Below, piece after piece: positions 1 to 7,702 of a stretch of 64,000 bases of DNA; positions within the stretch are counted from its first letter, which is position 1, and every line of letters starts with the position of its first letter. The translations under genes and the position numbers were made by a program. Source of the DNA: an uncultured Lactobacillus sp. (GTDB taxonomy: Bacteria > Bacillota > Bacilli > Lactobacillales > Lactobacillaceae); the NCBI GenBank assembly GCA_937874695.1, contig CALNAJ010000041.1, positions 1,458 through 65,457 of the forward strand. The letters run 5' to 3'. The notes under the pieces were generated by a model. It was not told where the DNA came from. It ran no database searches and was given only the letters and a program-made list of their open reading frames with translations.

Positions 1-2
1 GG

Positions 3-236
3 TTCAACCACGAGCCCGAGAAATTCCCAGAATTCAAAAAACGCTACGTCACTGAACTCGAAGCTAACGAAGCGTTACCCGCCTTCTTGGACCTAGTCGC
101 TGAACAACTCAACGACCAAGACGTCATTCTATTATACGGCGCCAAGGATGAAGAACACAACCAAGCCATTATTCTGAAGGATTTTCTACTCAAACGCTTA
201 GCTGACCGAGTGCCCGCTGAACGGCTGACAGACTAA
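3..236 (+). CDS. DUF488 (YeaO-like) family protein, C-terminal fragment; 5' end outside window
   Basis: Stop-free frame from window edge to TAA 234-236. Translation FNHEPEKFPEFKKRYVTELEANEALPAFLDLVAEQLNDQDVILLYGAKDEEHNQAIILKDFL resembles the conserved C-terminal half of DUF488 proteins. Absent from ORF track because there is no start codon in the window. Confidence 0.55.
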   Translation, partial: FNHEPEKFPEFKKRYVTELEANEALPAFLDLVAEQLNDQDVILLYGAKDEEHNQAIILKDFLLKRLADRVPAERLTD

Positions 237-867
237 GCTCCCGGGTACTGGCAAGCATGGCATCAGCCTGCGGGAGACTTTCACTGTTGATGCCCACCGT
301 GAAGCACCCCGCCGCCTTGGCCGACCGCACGCCGGTCACGGTATCCTCAAAGGCCACACAGTCTTCCGGGTTCTGGTGGATCAACGCAGCCGCTGCCAAA
401 TAGACATCTGGCGCTGGCTTGCTGGCCTTCAGACTCGCTGCCGGTACGATCTGTGGAAAGTACTTGGCTAGTCCCAAATGGGCAATCTCCGCCGGGGCAT
501 TGGCCGAAGCGGACGCCAAGGCCATGGGATACTCCGCCGCCACGAGTTCATCTAGGAACGCCGTGACACCGGAAAGACAGTTGGCCGGCGTCAGAGCCGC
601 CACATACTGGCGGTACAGGTCGTTTTCGTGATTTGTGAGCCGTAGTCGCTGTTCGGGTGTAAAATCGCTCTGACGGCCCACAGAGGCCAATATAGTCGTC
701 AGTGAATCCGCCCGGCTCATCCCGGGTAAGGTCGCCGCGAGCTGGTCGGTCCACGGAATGTGTAGTTCCTGCGCAATCGTTTGCCAAGAAGCCAAATGGT
801 ATTGCCAGGAATCGGCCAACACCCCGTGTAAATCAAACAGAAAGCCGCGTAATTGTCGTGTTTGCAT
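190..867 (-). CDS. HAD-superfamily hydrolase, beta-phosphoglucomutase-like (motif I is DxH, not DxD)
   Basis: 225-aa ORF. HAD motifs FDLHGVL, ASASAN, SKPAPD, EDTVTG are collinear with beta-PGM LFDLDGV/ASASKN/SKPAPD/EDSQAG. SD GAGGGGGAG upstream of ATG 867. Confidence 0.8.
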   Translation of the reverse strand: MQTRQLRGFLFDLHGVLADSWQYHLASWQTIAQELHIPWTDQLAATLPGMSRADSLTTILASVGRQSDFTPEQRLRLTNHENDLYRQYVAALTPANCLSGVTAFLDELVAAEYPMALASASANAPAEIAHLGLAKYFPQIVPAASLKASKPAPDVYLAAAALIHQNPEDCVAFEDTVTGVRSAKAAGCFTVGINSESLPQADAMLASTRELSLSAVQRALGQLSV

Positions 868-912
868 GAGAACTCCCCCTCGTGAAAGCGTTTCAATTTA
901 CGACTATTATAC

Positions 913-958
913 ACCAAAACAAAATGGTTCACCGCTTTAAACTATGCGGTGAACCATT
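913..958 (-). terminator. Rho-independent terminator downstream of usp gene
   Basis: 13-bp stem AATGGTTCACCGC / GCGGTGAACCATT (923-958), followed on the minus strand by TTTTGTTTTG. Confidence 0.8.
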
Positions 959-964
959 GTTAAT

Positions 965-1423
965 TTAACGAATTACGATAACTGAAACGTCCGACTTCTT
1001 AGCGAGCCGCAACCCAATGGCACCGGGATGCCCGTGACTAGCGAAGTCAACGTCGGCGCCACAAACAACCAAGTCCGGTTTGAATTCCGGAATAATTTTG
1101 TCGAGCACGACATCATCGACGTCGCCCCCTTCGGCCACAATGGACCGCACGTCATTCACGCCAAACGCCGTTGCTTTGTCGGCATACTCCTTGACGATGG
1201 CCTTCAGCTCATCGCGCTTTGCGTTAAGCTTGTCCGGCATCAGTGACTCATAGATACTGATGTCATTGCTTTCCAGCACAGAGGCAATGCCCAGGTGTGC
1301 TTGGTAATCACGCGCCATCGTCATCGCGAATCGGAATGCGCGGCTGGTCGAGGGCCGGTCGTCCTCGTCGATCGTGATTAAAATTCGCCGGAAAAATAGT
1401 GGATTATTACTTTCGTCTGCCAT
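965..1423 (-). CDS. universal stress protein (UspA family)
   Basis: 152-aa ORF with the Usp alpha/beta pattern (ILITIDEDD..., LVVCGADVDFASHGHPGAIG, SDVSVIVIR). SD AGGAGGG before ATG 1423. Confidence 0.85.
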   Translation of the reverse strand: MADESNNPLFFRRILITIDEDDRPSTSRAFRFAMTMARDYQAHLGIASVLESNDISIYESLMPDKLNAKRDELKAIVKEYADKATAFGVNDVRSIVAEGGDVDDVVLDKIIPEFKPDLVVCGADVDFASHGHPGAIGLRLAKKSDVSVIVIR

Positions 1424-1490
1424 AAAAACCCTCCTGCAATCAATGGTGACACGGCCCTATTGTATCATACCTGGCTGGAGCGGTACACGT

Positions 1491-1512
1491 TGCCTGCGGC
1501 TGTCAGAGTTCT
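1491..1512 (+). repeat. short fragment of the modular intergenic repeat (5' end of module 1)
   Basis: TGCCTGCGGCTGTCAGAGTTCT versus the family 5' end CGCCTGCGGCTGCCAGAGATTCT. 68 nt upstream of the usp start. Confidence 0.4.
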
Positions 1513-1593
1513 AAGTTAAAAGCCACTTTAGTCGCTAGTATGGATAACCTTGCCACATACAAATTTTCTAAAGACATTTAATACCTAATAGCC

Positions 1594-1628
1594 CACGAAA
1601 AAACGCCCTCTGAATTTTAGAAGGCGTT
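1594..1628 (-). terminator. Rho-independent terminator downstream of BCCT transporter gene
   Basis: Minus-strand AACGCCTTCT-AAAATTC-AGAGGGCGTT (10 bp including one G-U), followed by TTTTTTCG. Confidence 0.7.
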
Positions 1629-1817
1629 TCGTGTTTGATTTCGTAATTGTTTGGTGCCGCTGGTTTCGTTGATTTTTATCTAGTGAAACCAGCGGCCTCC
1701 GAAACGTGTTCCTTCGGGCAGGTCCCTGCGCTTAACCCCAATACGCACCGGCTTGGCTCCGCCAAGCGGGCACTTATTGACGTTAATGCTCAGGACCTAA
1801 CCGCCCTCAGTCACACT

Positions 1818-3362
1818 CTACCTTGCGTGGTCCGGCGACAAAATCATCGGGCCCCGTACCGCACGTGGTAATTCGACGGTAATCCGCCGTACAACAACTG
1901 GTTGTGGAACAACCACTGGTGCTGGTTTTGGCTTGGCTGCCAACATGTGCCAGATTGAATGCAACAACAAGATGCAGACAAACATCAATGGGAAGCCGGC
2001 AATCGTCGACACCGTTTGAACGGTCTTGAATCCACCGACCATCACGATCCCGAAAGAGAAGATGATGAAGACGATGACCCAGATCATTCGGTTCCACCGA
2101 CTTGGTTCTTCACCGTCATCCAAGTGAAGACTGGTGAAGGATGACACGATGAAGGCTGACGATGAGATCGTCGTGGCCAAGAAGATGAAACAAGAGATAC
2201 AGTACAGTGCCAAGATAATCATCTTAAATGGCAACGTCGCGATAACCGTGGCAACCACGGCAGCTTGACCCTGCGTATTTAAAATGTGAACCAAGTTAAC
2301 GGCACCAGTCTGTTGGAGCCACAGAGAGTAGCCCCCAAAGATGGCGTAGAAGCTCATGCACCCTAAGGCACCATAAGTTAACATCCCAACTAAGACCTGA
2401 CGAATCGTCCGACCCTTGGAGATCCGGGCAATGAACAGACCCATGACGGGCATGTAGGACAACCACCAGCCCCAGTAGAAGATGGTCTCTTGCTGAGCGG
2501 TACTATCCCCACCGTTAGGCATGGTGTTCGTTGACATCGAGATAAACTTTTGGGCCATTAACCCAATACTATTAGTTTCAGAATTTAAAATATAAACAGT
2601 GGGTCCAATGATTAAAATAATAGCTAACAGACCCAGCGCCGTCCAAATGTGGGCGGAACTCAAGCGGTTGATTCCCCCGTTTAACCCATGGAAAACGGTG
2701 ACCGCAAACAGAATAAACAAAATGATAAAGAGTTCAATTTTAAGCATGAGGTTATCTTGAACCCCAGTCAACCGGCTGAGAACTTTGGAAATAATCGGAA
2801 TTTCCATCCCGACGGACGAACCGATCCCGCCCATGATCCCAAAGACAACTAAGAAATCGACAACGTGCCGTGCAATGACTTTCCCCGTGCTGTCACCTTG
2901 AAGACTGGTGATAGCGGCACTGACCCGTTGAACCTTGGCGTGCTTCACATACAGGACGTAAGCAATCGCAATCGTTGCTGGTGCGAACATCATCCAAGCC
3001 ATTGGGCCCCAGTTGAACTGCCCCATCATGTGGGCAGCGCTGTAGGCGTTACTTGAGAATGGCTTAAACCCGAAGGCTGGGTGTTGCAGGTACCGCAGTG
3101 GATCAACGATAGACAGCATCAAAATGCTGGCATCGATCGCCGTGGCGAAGACCATTGACCCCCACTGAAAATTACTGTAGTGGGGCTTGTCATTGGCATC
3201 ACCCAACTTAATTTTACCAAACTTACCAAATGCTAAATACATAAAAAATAAGAAGTTGATCACGTACACCATCATATAGGCCCATGACATGCGAGTATCA
3301 ATCCAGTTCAATAGAGAACTCAGAGTGGTTTGTAATTGGTTACCACCTAAGATAAATAGCAA
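1818..3362 (-). CDS. BCCT-family (betaine/carnitine/choline) transporter; true start probably upstream at a non-canonical codon (about 3431)
   Basis: 514-aa polytopic ORF with BCCT hallmarks (FGKFGKIKLG, FQWGSMVFATAIDASIL, WGWWLSYMPVMGLFIARISKGRTIRQV). The track start is a TTG without SD. The frame stays open to TGA 3444-3446, with GGAGGA at 3438-3443. Confidence 0.9.
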   Translation of the reverse strand: MLFILGGNQLQTTLSSLLNWIDTRMSWAYMMVYVINFLFFMYLAFGKFGKIKLGDANDKPHYSNFQWGSMVFATAIDASILMLSIVDPLRYLQHPAFGFKPFSSNAYSAAHMMGQFNWGPMAWMMFAPATIAIAYVLYVKHAKVQRVSAAITSLQGDSTGKVIARHVVDFLVVFGIMGGIGSSVGMEIPIISKVLSRLTGVQDNLMLKIELFIILFILFAVTVFHGLNGGINRLSSAHIWTALGLLAIILIIGPTVYILNSETNSIGLMAQKFISMSTNTMPNGGDSTAQQETIFYWGWWLSYMPVMGLFIARISKGRTIRQVLVGMLTYGALGCMSFYAIFGGYSLWLQQTGAVNLVHILNTQGQAAVVATVIATLPFKMIILALYCISCFIFLATTISSSAFIVSSFTSLHLDDGEEPSRWNRMIWVIVFIIFSFGIVMVGGFKTVQTVSTIAGFPLMFVCILLLHSIWHMLAAKPKPAPVVVPQPVVVRRITVELPRAVRGPMILSPDHAR

Positions 3363-3741
3363 TGACGCGAGAATAAATAAAACGATGGTTGGTACGAATA
3401 CTAACTTATCAATATTTTTACGCGCTAAAATAAATAATCCTCCTCATTTGTTTCCTGGGAGCGAACTCCCAGCGGTCATGTTCAGAAGAGATTGTACGAA
3501 AAAAGCGCTAAACAGGGTCGTTACACGAGCCACCTGTACAGCGCCATTACGGTTGAATACAAATTGCCTACGCAAATCTCTTTGAATCAATATCCAAAGT
3601 CTATTATACGCGGTCGCTAGGATTAGTAAAATCTTGCTGATGGATAAGTTTTTTCTTTCGGAATTAAAGCGTTTACATAGCCAATGCCTATTGCATTCTA
3701 AGAATTTGATTAGATTTTAGGCAATAGCTTAACCCTTTGTC

Positions 3742-4347
3742 TTAGTCAAGCTTTTCTGGCCACTGTGCCTTGGCTGCGGCATTTCCAGTGGGACCGTTAT
3801 CAATTTCCTTGATAACATGCGCTGGATTCCCGACCAAAACCACGTCATCCCCAAAGGATTTCGTGACGACGGCACCGGCACCAACAACGACATTATTCCC
3901 CAGCGTGACGCCAGGTAAGATCGTGACGTTACCACCGAACCAGGCGTTATCGCCGATGGTGATGGGCGCACCCATTTCAACATCGTTGACCCGAGCCATC
4001 GCGTTCAGTGGGTGCACTGGCGTGTAAAGCCCAACGTTCGGACCGAAGTAACAGTGTTCACCAATGGTGATGGGACAGGTGTCCAGCAGGGTCATGTTGT
4101 AATTACCATAGAAGTGGTCGCCGATGTGGATGTTCCAGCCGTAATCGTATTCGAGGCCGGCTTCAACAAAGAAGTCATCCCCACTATCCGCGATTAGCTT
4201 GCGATAACCATCGTTTCGTTCAGCGTTGTCGTCCAATTGGTTAACGGCACGCAGTTGCTTTCGTGCGGCGACTCGCCGGTCGATCAGTTCTGGATCGAAC
4301 TGATTGTAGGGTTGCCCCGCCGTCATTTTTTCCCGTTCTGTTGCCAT
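3742..4347 (-). CDS. maa: maltose/galactoside O-acetyltransferase family (left-handed beta-helix)
   Basis: N-terminal Mac-type segment (MTAGQPYNQFDPELIDRRVAARKQL) plus hexapeptide repeats (IGDNAWFGGNVTILPGVTLGNNVVVGAGAVV). Start trimmed to ATG 4347, preceded by AGAGGAG. Confidence 0.85.
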   Translation of the reverse strand: MATEREKMTAGQPYNQFDPELIDRRVAARKQLRAVNQLDDNAERNDGYRKLIADSGDDFFVEAGLEYDYGWNIHIGDHFYGNYNMTLLDTCPITIGEHCYFGPNVGLYTPVHPLNAMARVNDVEMGAPITIGDNAWFGGNVTILPGVTLGNNVVVGAGAVVTKSFGDDVVLVGNPAHVIKEIDNGPTGNAAAKAQWPEKLD

Positions 4348-4423
4348 GACATAAATCACTCCTCTTGGCTCCCATGATACCACTTGCTAGGTGTTTTCTC
4401 TAAACGGGTAATGGTTTGATCTT

Positions 4424-4611
4424 CGCCTGCGGCTGCCAAGGATTCTGCCGCTGTGGGGACCGCCTGCAGCCAAAGAGCGGGCTTCCGGCTTGGTTTGAAA
4501 CCTCGCCAGGTTCGGGCGAGTTTCCAAACTCATCCCACGTTGTAAGGCCGGAAAGCCCACCGGTCTAACAACGTTGTCACGGATGGCGCCATCCTTGGCC
4601 TCCTCCGGCTA
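4424..4611 (+). repeat. modular intergenic repeat, copy A (full length, modules 1-2-3-4, 188 nt)
   Basis: Shares CGCCTGCGGCTGCCA.GGATTCTGC.GCTGTGGGGACCGCCT.CAGCC.AA.AGCGGGCTTCC with copies at 7476, 15357, 18954 and 25932. Shares the 3' end ATCC.TGGCCTCCTCCGGCTA with the copies at 18954 and 25932. Confidence 0.85.
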
Positions 4612-4689
4612 CGGCAACTATTCTCCTTGTCAAACACCAGCGACATCGTATCGTAGGGAGTAGCCATCACCAATATACCCCAACCTTCA

Positions 4690-4938
4690 CTAACGTTTAG
4701 CTTTAAGCAACGAGCCAATCCAAATCTTTAGGCTCTCAATAATTAATACAAGAATGAACAAGACCACATATACCGTACAGAAAACTTCAATCCAGAACGA
4801 CAACGACAGTGGCAACAAGAAACAAATGAGATCCAACGTGGCCACTGGTCCCGTGGCCCATGCCAAAACTTTGAACCATTTTGGAAACTTGGAAAATACG
4901 TTCACCCATGTGAATAGGCTTAGAAATATTTTCTTCAA
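4690..4938 (-). CDS. small membrane protein, unknown function
   Basis: 82-aa ORF with two predicted TM helices. TTG start preceded by GGGGAG. No family recognised. Confidence 0.45.
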   Translation of the reverse strand: MKKIFLSLFTWVNVFSKFPKWFKVLAWATGPVATLDLICFLLPLSLSFWIEVFCTVYVVLFILVLIIESLKIWIGSLLKAKR

Positions 4939-5147
4939 AATGCTCTCCCCTTTAGGCCTAAGTCTTCAGATGACTCTAAACCTAGACTCCCCTGAAACAT
5001 CTTAATTATAGGCCTATCTGGTATCGCCACAGTTCAGCGTTTGGAATCTTCAGTAAACCTTAACCGCTTCCGTTTGGCCGTAAAAAAAGAATGAGACACT
5101 AACGCTCATTCCCTCGAAATTACTTATTTCGTTGCACACCACGACGC

Positions 5148-5612
5148 CTAAACGTTGTCGTCCACAGTTTCTCCTGGCATGGTCTGTTCACGCAAGATCC
5201 ACGTGATGCCGTATGCATCGACGATCTGCCCCATCTTGCCTCCGGAGCTTTGTTCGCCGAAAGGACTGATGACCTTCACGTCGGATTTGAGCAGTCGTTG
5301 ATACAGGCCCGCCAATTCCTTCACGCTGGCAGAGTCGTCCGCATCAACGTCAATCATTAGCGAAATCAACGTGGAAGACGTCGGCTGGCCCATCAAGGCG
5401 TCGGCACACTGAATGTCCAAACCTAGAATCTTAAAACCGCCGCTCATGGTCATTTCGTCTAAGTTAACGGTAGGTGCTAACCCAAACTGTTCGACTTCCT
5501 CGGCCGTCGGGCTGACCCGGTAGGCGTTGGTTGCCCCAAAGACGCTCTGATAATACGCAATGGCTTCTTTGGCGTTTTCAAATTCCAAATATGGAATTAA
5601 CTTTGCTTGCAT
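5148..5612 (-). CDS. VOC/glyoxalase-fold protein (PhnB-like)
   Basis: MQAKLIPYLEFENAKEAIAYYQSVFGA... is typical of PhnB/3-demethylubiquinone methyltransferase-like VOC proteins. Start trimmed to ATG 5612. Confidence 0.7.
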   Translation of the reverse strand: MQAKLIPYLEFENAKEAIAYYQSVFGATNAYRVSPTAEEVEQFGLAPTVNLDEMTMSGGFKILGLDIQCADALMGQPTSSTLISLMIDVDADDSASVKELAGLYQRLLKSDVKVISPFGEQSSGGKMGQIVDAYGITWILREQTMPGETVDDNV

Positions 5613-5740
5613 CGTCGGTACCCCATTCATGACATAGTTTAGAAACAAATCGACAGCCTAGTCACCGCTAGTCCGGTGCTAGTCCCCTCGATTAGATGAA
5701 CCGCATTTTATCCCTAGCTGGTATTATACCCTTAATGACC

Positions 5741-6643
5741 TTAAAACGGTAGGTCACGCAAGCCTTTCGCAATGTCAGCGAGTGACTGTTCGGCTGTCGT
5801 ATGCTTTAACGGGGCCTGTGAGGCCGCCGCTTTCGGGTGTTCATCGGCCGTCGAGCTGACTGGCGTTACTGCGTGCGAAGGTGTCATCTTTGCCGGCTGT
5901 TTTACCGCTGCTTTAACGGCGGCGTGATGGCGTTCTTGTCCCATCCCATCCATCGTTTCGTTCAGCAAGTGATCCACGAACACGTTCCCCTGATTGGTGG
6001 CGTGTCCCTTGGTCCATTGATAACTCAGCTGCGTAAATTGCGGCAGTAAACGATCCACGTCTTGCCACAGCTCGGCGTTAGCCAAAGGTCCCGCACTGCG
6101 TTTCCAGCCGCGACGTTTCCAACCGGCTAGCCAGCCCTCGGTGACGGCGTTCAACACGTAACGCGAGTCTAGAATAAATACAATACTGTTCTGACTCTGA
6201 TTCAAGTCGACTAACTTCTGGAGCGCATTGCGAAAGGCCATGATCTCCATCCGATTATTGCTAGCCCCAAATTCACCATCGGAGCCAGTCACGACATCAT
6301 CCGGTAATTCGATGCGGTAGGCCCAAGCGGCCTTGTCGCCAGTTCTCACGTGCCCACCAGCGACGTTACCGGTATTTCGCGAGCCACCATCCGTATAGAC
6401 CGTGATCGCCGCAGAACCGCTCTGAGGGCTCGTAGCCGTCCGGGGTGAACTGTGGTGTGTCTTCTTGGGTACGCTCGACGTTGCCTGGCCCTGCATGAAG
6501 GCGTCTGCGGCACTTGCCGACGTGAAACTCTTATATTGGGCCCCGGAATAGCCGGTGACCTGCGCCTGTGTTTCCGCCCAGGTTCGGTAGACGCCGGGCT
6601 TACGACCGCGGCGAACTGCATAGTATTTCTGTGCCAAATTCAT
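5741..6643 (-). CDS. rnhA: ribonuclease HI with N-terminal hybrid-binding domain and a long low-complexity C-terminal tail
   Basis: N-terminus KYYAVRRGRKPGVYRTWAETQAQVTGYSGAQYKSFTS is the RNase H1 N-terminal duplex-binding domain. The RNase H core follows (VYTDGGS..., NNRMEIMA, DSRYV, WQWTKGHATNQGN..VD). Confidence 0.85.
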   Translation of the reverse strand: MNLAQKYYAVRRGRKPGVYRTWAETQAQVTGYSGAQYKSFTSASAADAFMQGQATSSVPKKTHHSSPRTATSPQSGSAAITVYTDGGSRNTGNVAGGHVRTGDKAAWAYRIELPDDVVTGSDGEFGASNNRMEIMAFRNALQKLVDLNQSQNSIVFILDSRYVLNAVTEGWLAGWKRRGWKRSAGPLANAELWQDVDRLLPQFTQLSYQWTKGHATNQGNVFVDHLLNETMDGMGQERHHAAVKAAVKQPAKMTPSHAVTPVSSTADEHPKAAASQAPLKHTTAEQSLADIAKGLRDLPF

Positions 6644-6914
6644 TCCTCACTTTCGACCTAATCTAAATTAGTTTACCATAGTTTTTCCAAGTGCGACCAA
6701 ATCCGTCATTACAGGACTTATGAAGCCGTTGCCAACATTATTAGGACCGGGAAAACTTTTCCTCAAATAAATTTGTCACAAACCTTAAAAATCAATAATT
6801 TCAAAGTGTAAATTGTTTCCATAACTTTTAGATTATGCTAACCTAGTAGGTGTGAGTATTGGTCGGAGACTGTCCTAATTTACTCATTTTTCAAAATTTT
6901 TAAGGGGGTTTTTG

Positions 6915-7394
6915 ATGAAGAATCCAATCCATGCGTCCATTATTACCGTCGACCAAGCCCGCGCGATGCTTAAGGACCAGCGAGAACAACGTGACGAACG
7001 TTTTCCACAGCTGGCCGCCTCCGGCCAATATATCTTACCAGACTATCGGTTAACCCGTAAGCGTGAGGCCTTTAAGATTCGTCGGCATACTTTTTTGAAG
7101 AAACATTTCCGTTCCTACGTGGCTTTTGATTCCGACAACGGTCAGACCTTGTGGATTCACAACTTCCCAAGCCTGTCCGAGGCCTGCTTCTGGTTAAACA
7201 CTGGATTGAAGCCCAACGACACGGACTCCGCCGGCACTTACCAGGGCTGGAAGGAAGAACACGTCGCTGAAATTGAAGTCCTGAAGGATCAACTCCGCGC
7301 GCAACACAAAGAAAAGAAAAAGCCCATTGCGGCACCGAAACCGGTAACCGTAACGACTGTAAAAAAAGTAAAGCGCGCTAAAGCTAAGAAATAG
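6915..7394 (+). CDS. hypothetical protein with Lys-rich C-terminal tail
   Basis: 159-aa ORF. ATG 6915 is 8 nt after AAGGGGG. Own terminator downstream. No family recognised. Confidence 0.6.
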   Translation: MKNPIHASIITVDQARAMLKDQREQRDERFPQLAASGQYILPDYRLTRKREAFKIRRHTFLKKHFRSYVAFDSDNGQTLWIHNFPSLSEACFWLNTGLKPNDTDSAGTYQGWKEEHVAEIEVLKDQLRAQHKEKKKPIAAPKPVTVTTVKKVKRAKAKK

Positions 7395-7405
7395 CGGCAT
7401 TACAT

Positions 7406-7453
7406 AAAGCGCCAACGATAGCCATCTTTGCGGTTATCGTTGGCGCTTTTTAT
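7406..7453 (+). terminator. Rho-independent terminator
   Basis: 15-bp stem AAAGCGCCAACGATA / TATCGTTGGCGCTTT, followed by TTTAT. Confidence 0.85.
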
Positions 7454-7475
7454 ATTGACTGTTATTTTTTTACAT

Positions 7476-7542
7476 CGCCTACGGCTGCCAGAAATTCTGC
7501 CGCTATGAGGACCGCCTACAGCCGAAGAGCGGGCTTCCGGCT
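7476..7542 (+). repeat. modular intergenic repeat, copy B (module 1 only, 67 nt)
   Basis: CGCCTACGGCTGCCAGAAATTCTGCCGCTATGAGGACCGCCTACAGCCGAAGAGCGGGCTTCCGGCT aligns along its whole length with module 1 of the other copies. Confidence 0.85.
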
Positions 7543-7702
7543 AAAAGAACTAGCAATCACAAACACAGCTAATCTAGTAAATCCTATCCGATGTCCTGAA
7601 AATGTAGTCAAAATTTCATTGCGCATTTCAAACACATCGTCTCCAACTACCAATAAAGCCGCTAAAAACCAACAGCTTCAGCAAGTCTCACTATTCAAGA
7701 TC

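Noticed and set aside
190-236. 47-nt convergent overlap between the DUF488 fragment and the HAD hydrolase gene as a sign of mis-annotation or antisense regulation
   Set aside because: Both frames have family-level support up to their stops, and short convergent 3' overlaps occur in compact genomes. Nothing further in the sequence (no hairpin, no alternative stop) argues for a special mechanism.
4530-4718. 62-aa ORF on the minus strand inside repeat copy A, and similar short frames in copies D and E, as a possible element-encoded peptide
   Set aside because: The frames in the three copies differ in length. They are shifted relative to the conserved nucleotides, so the peptide sequence is not conserved although the DNA is. 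The conservation pattern fits structure, not coding.
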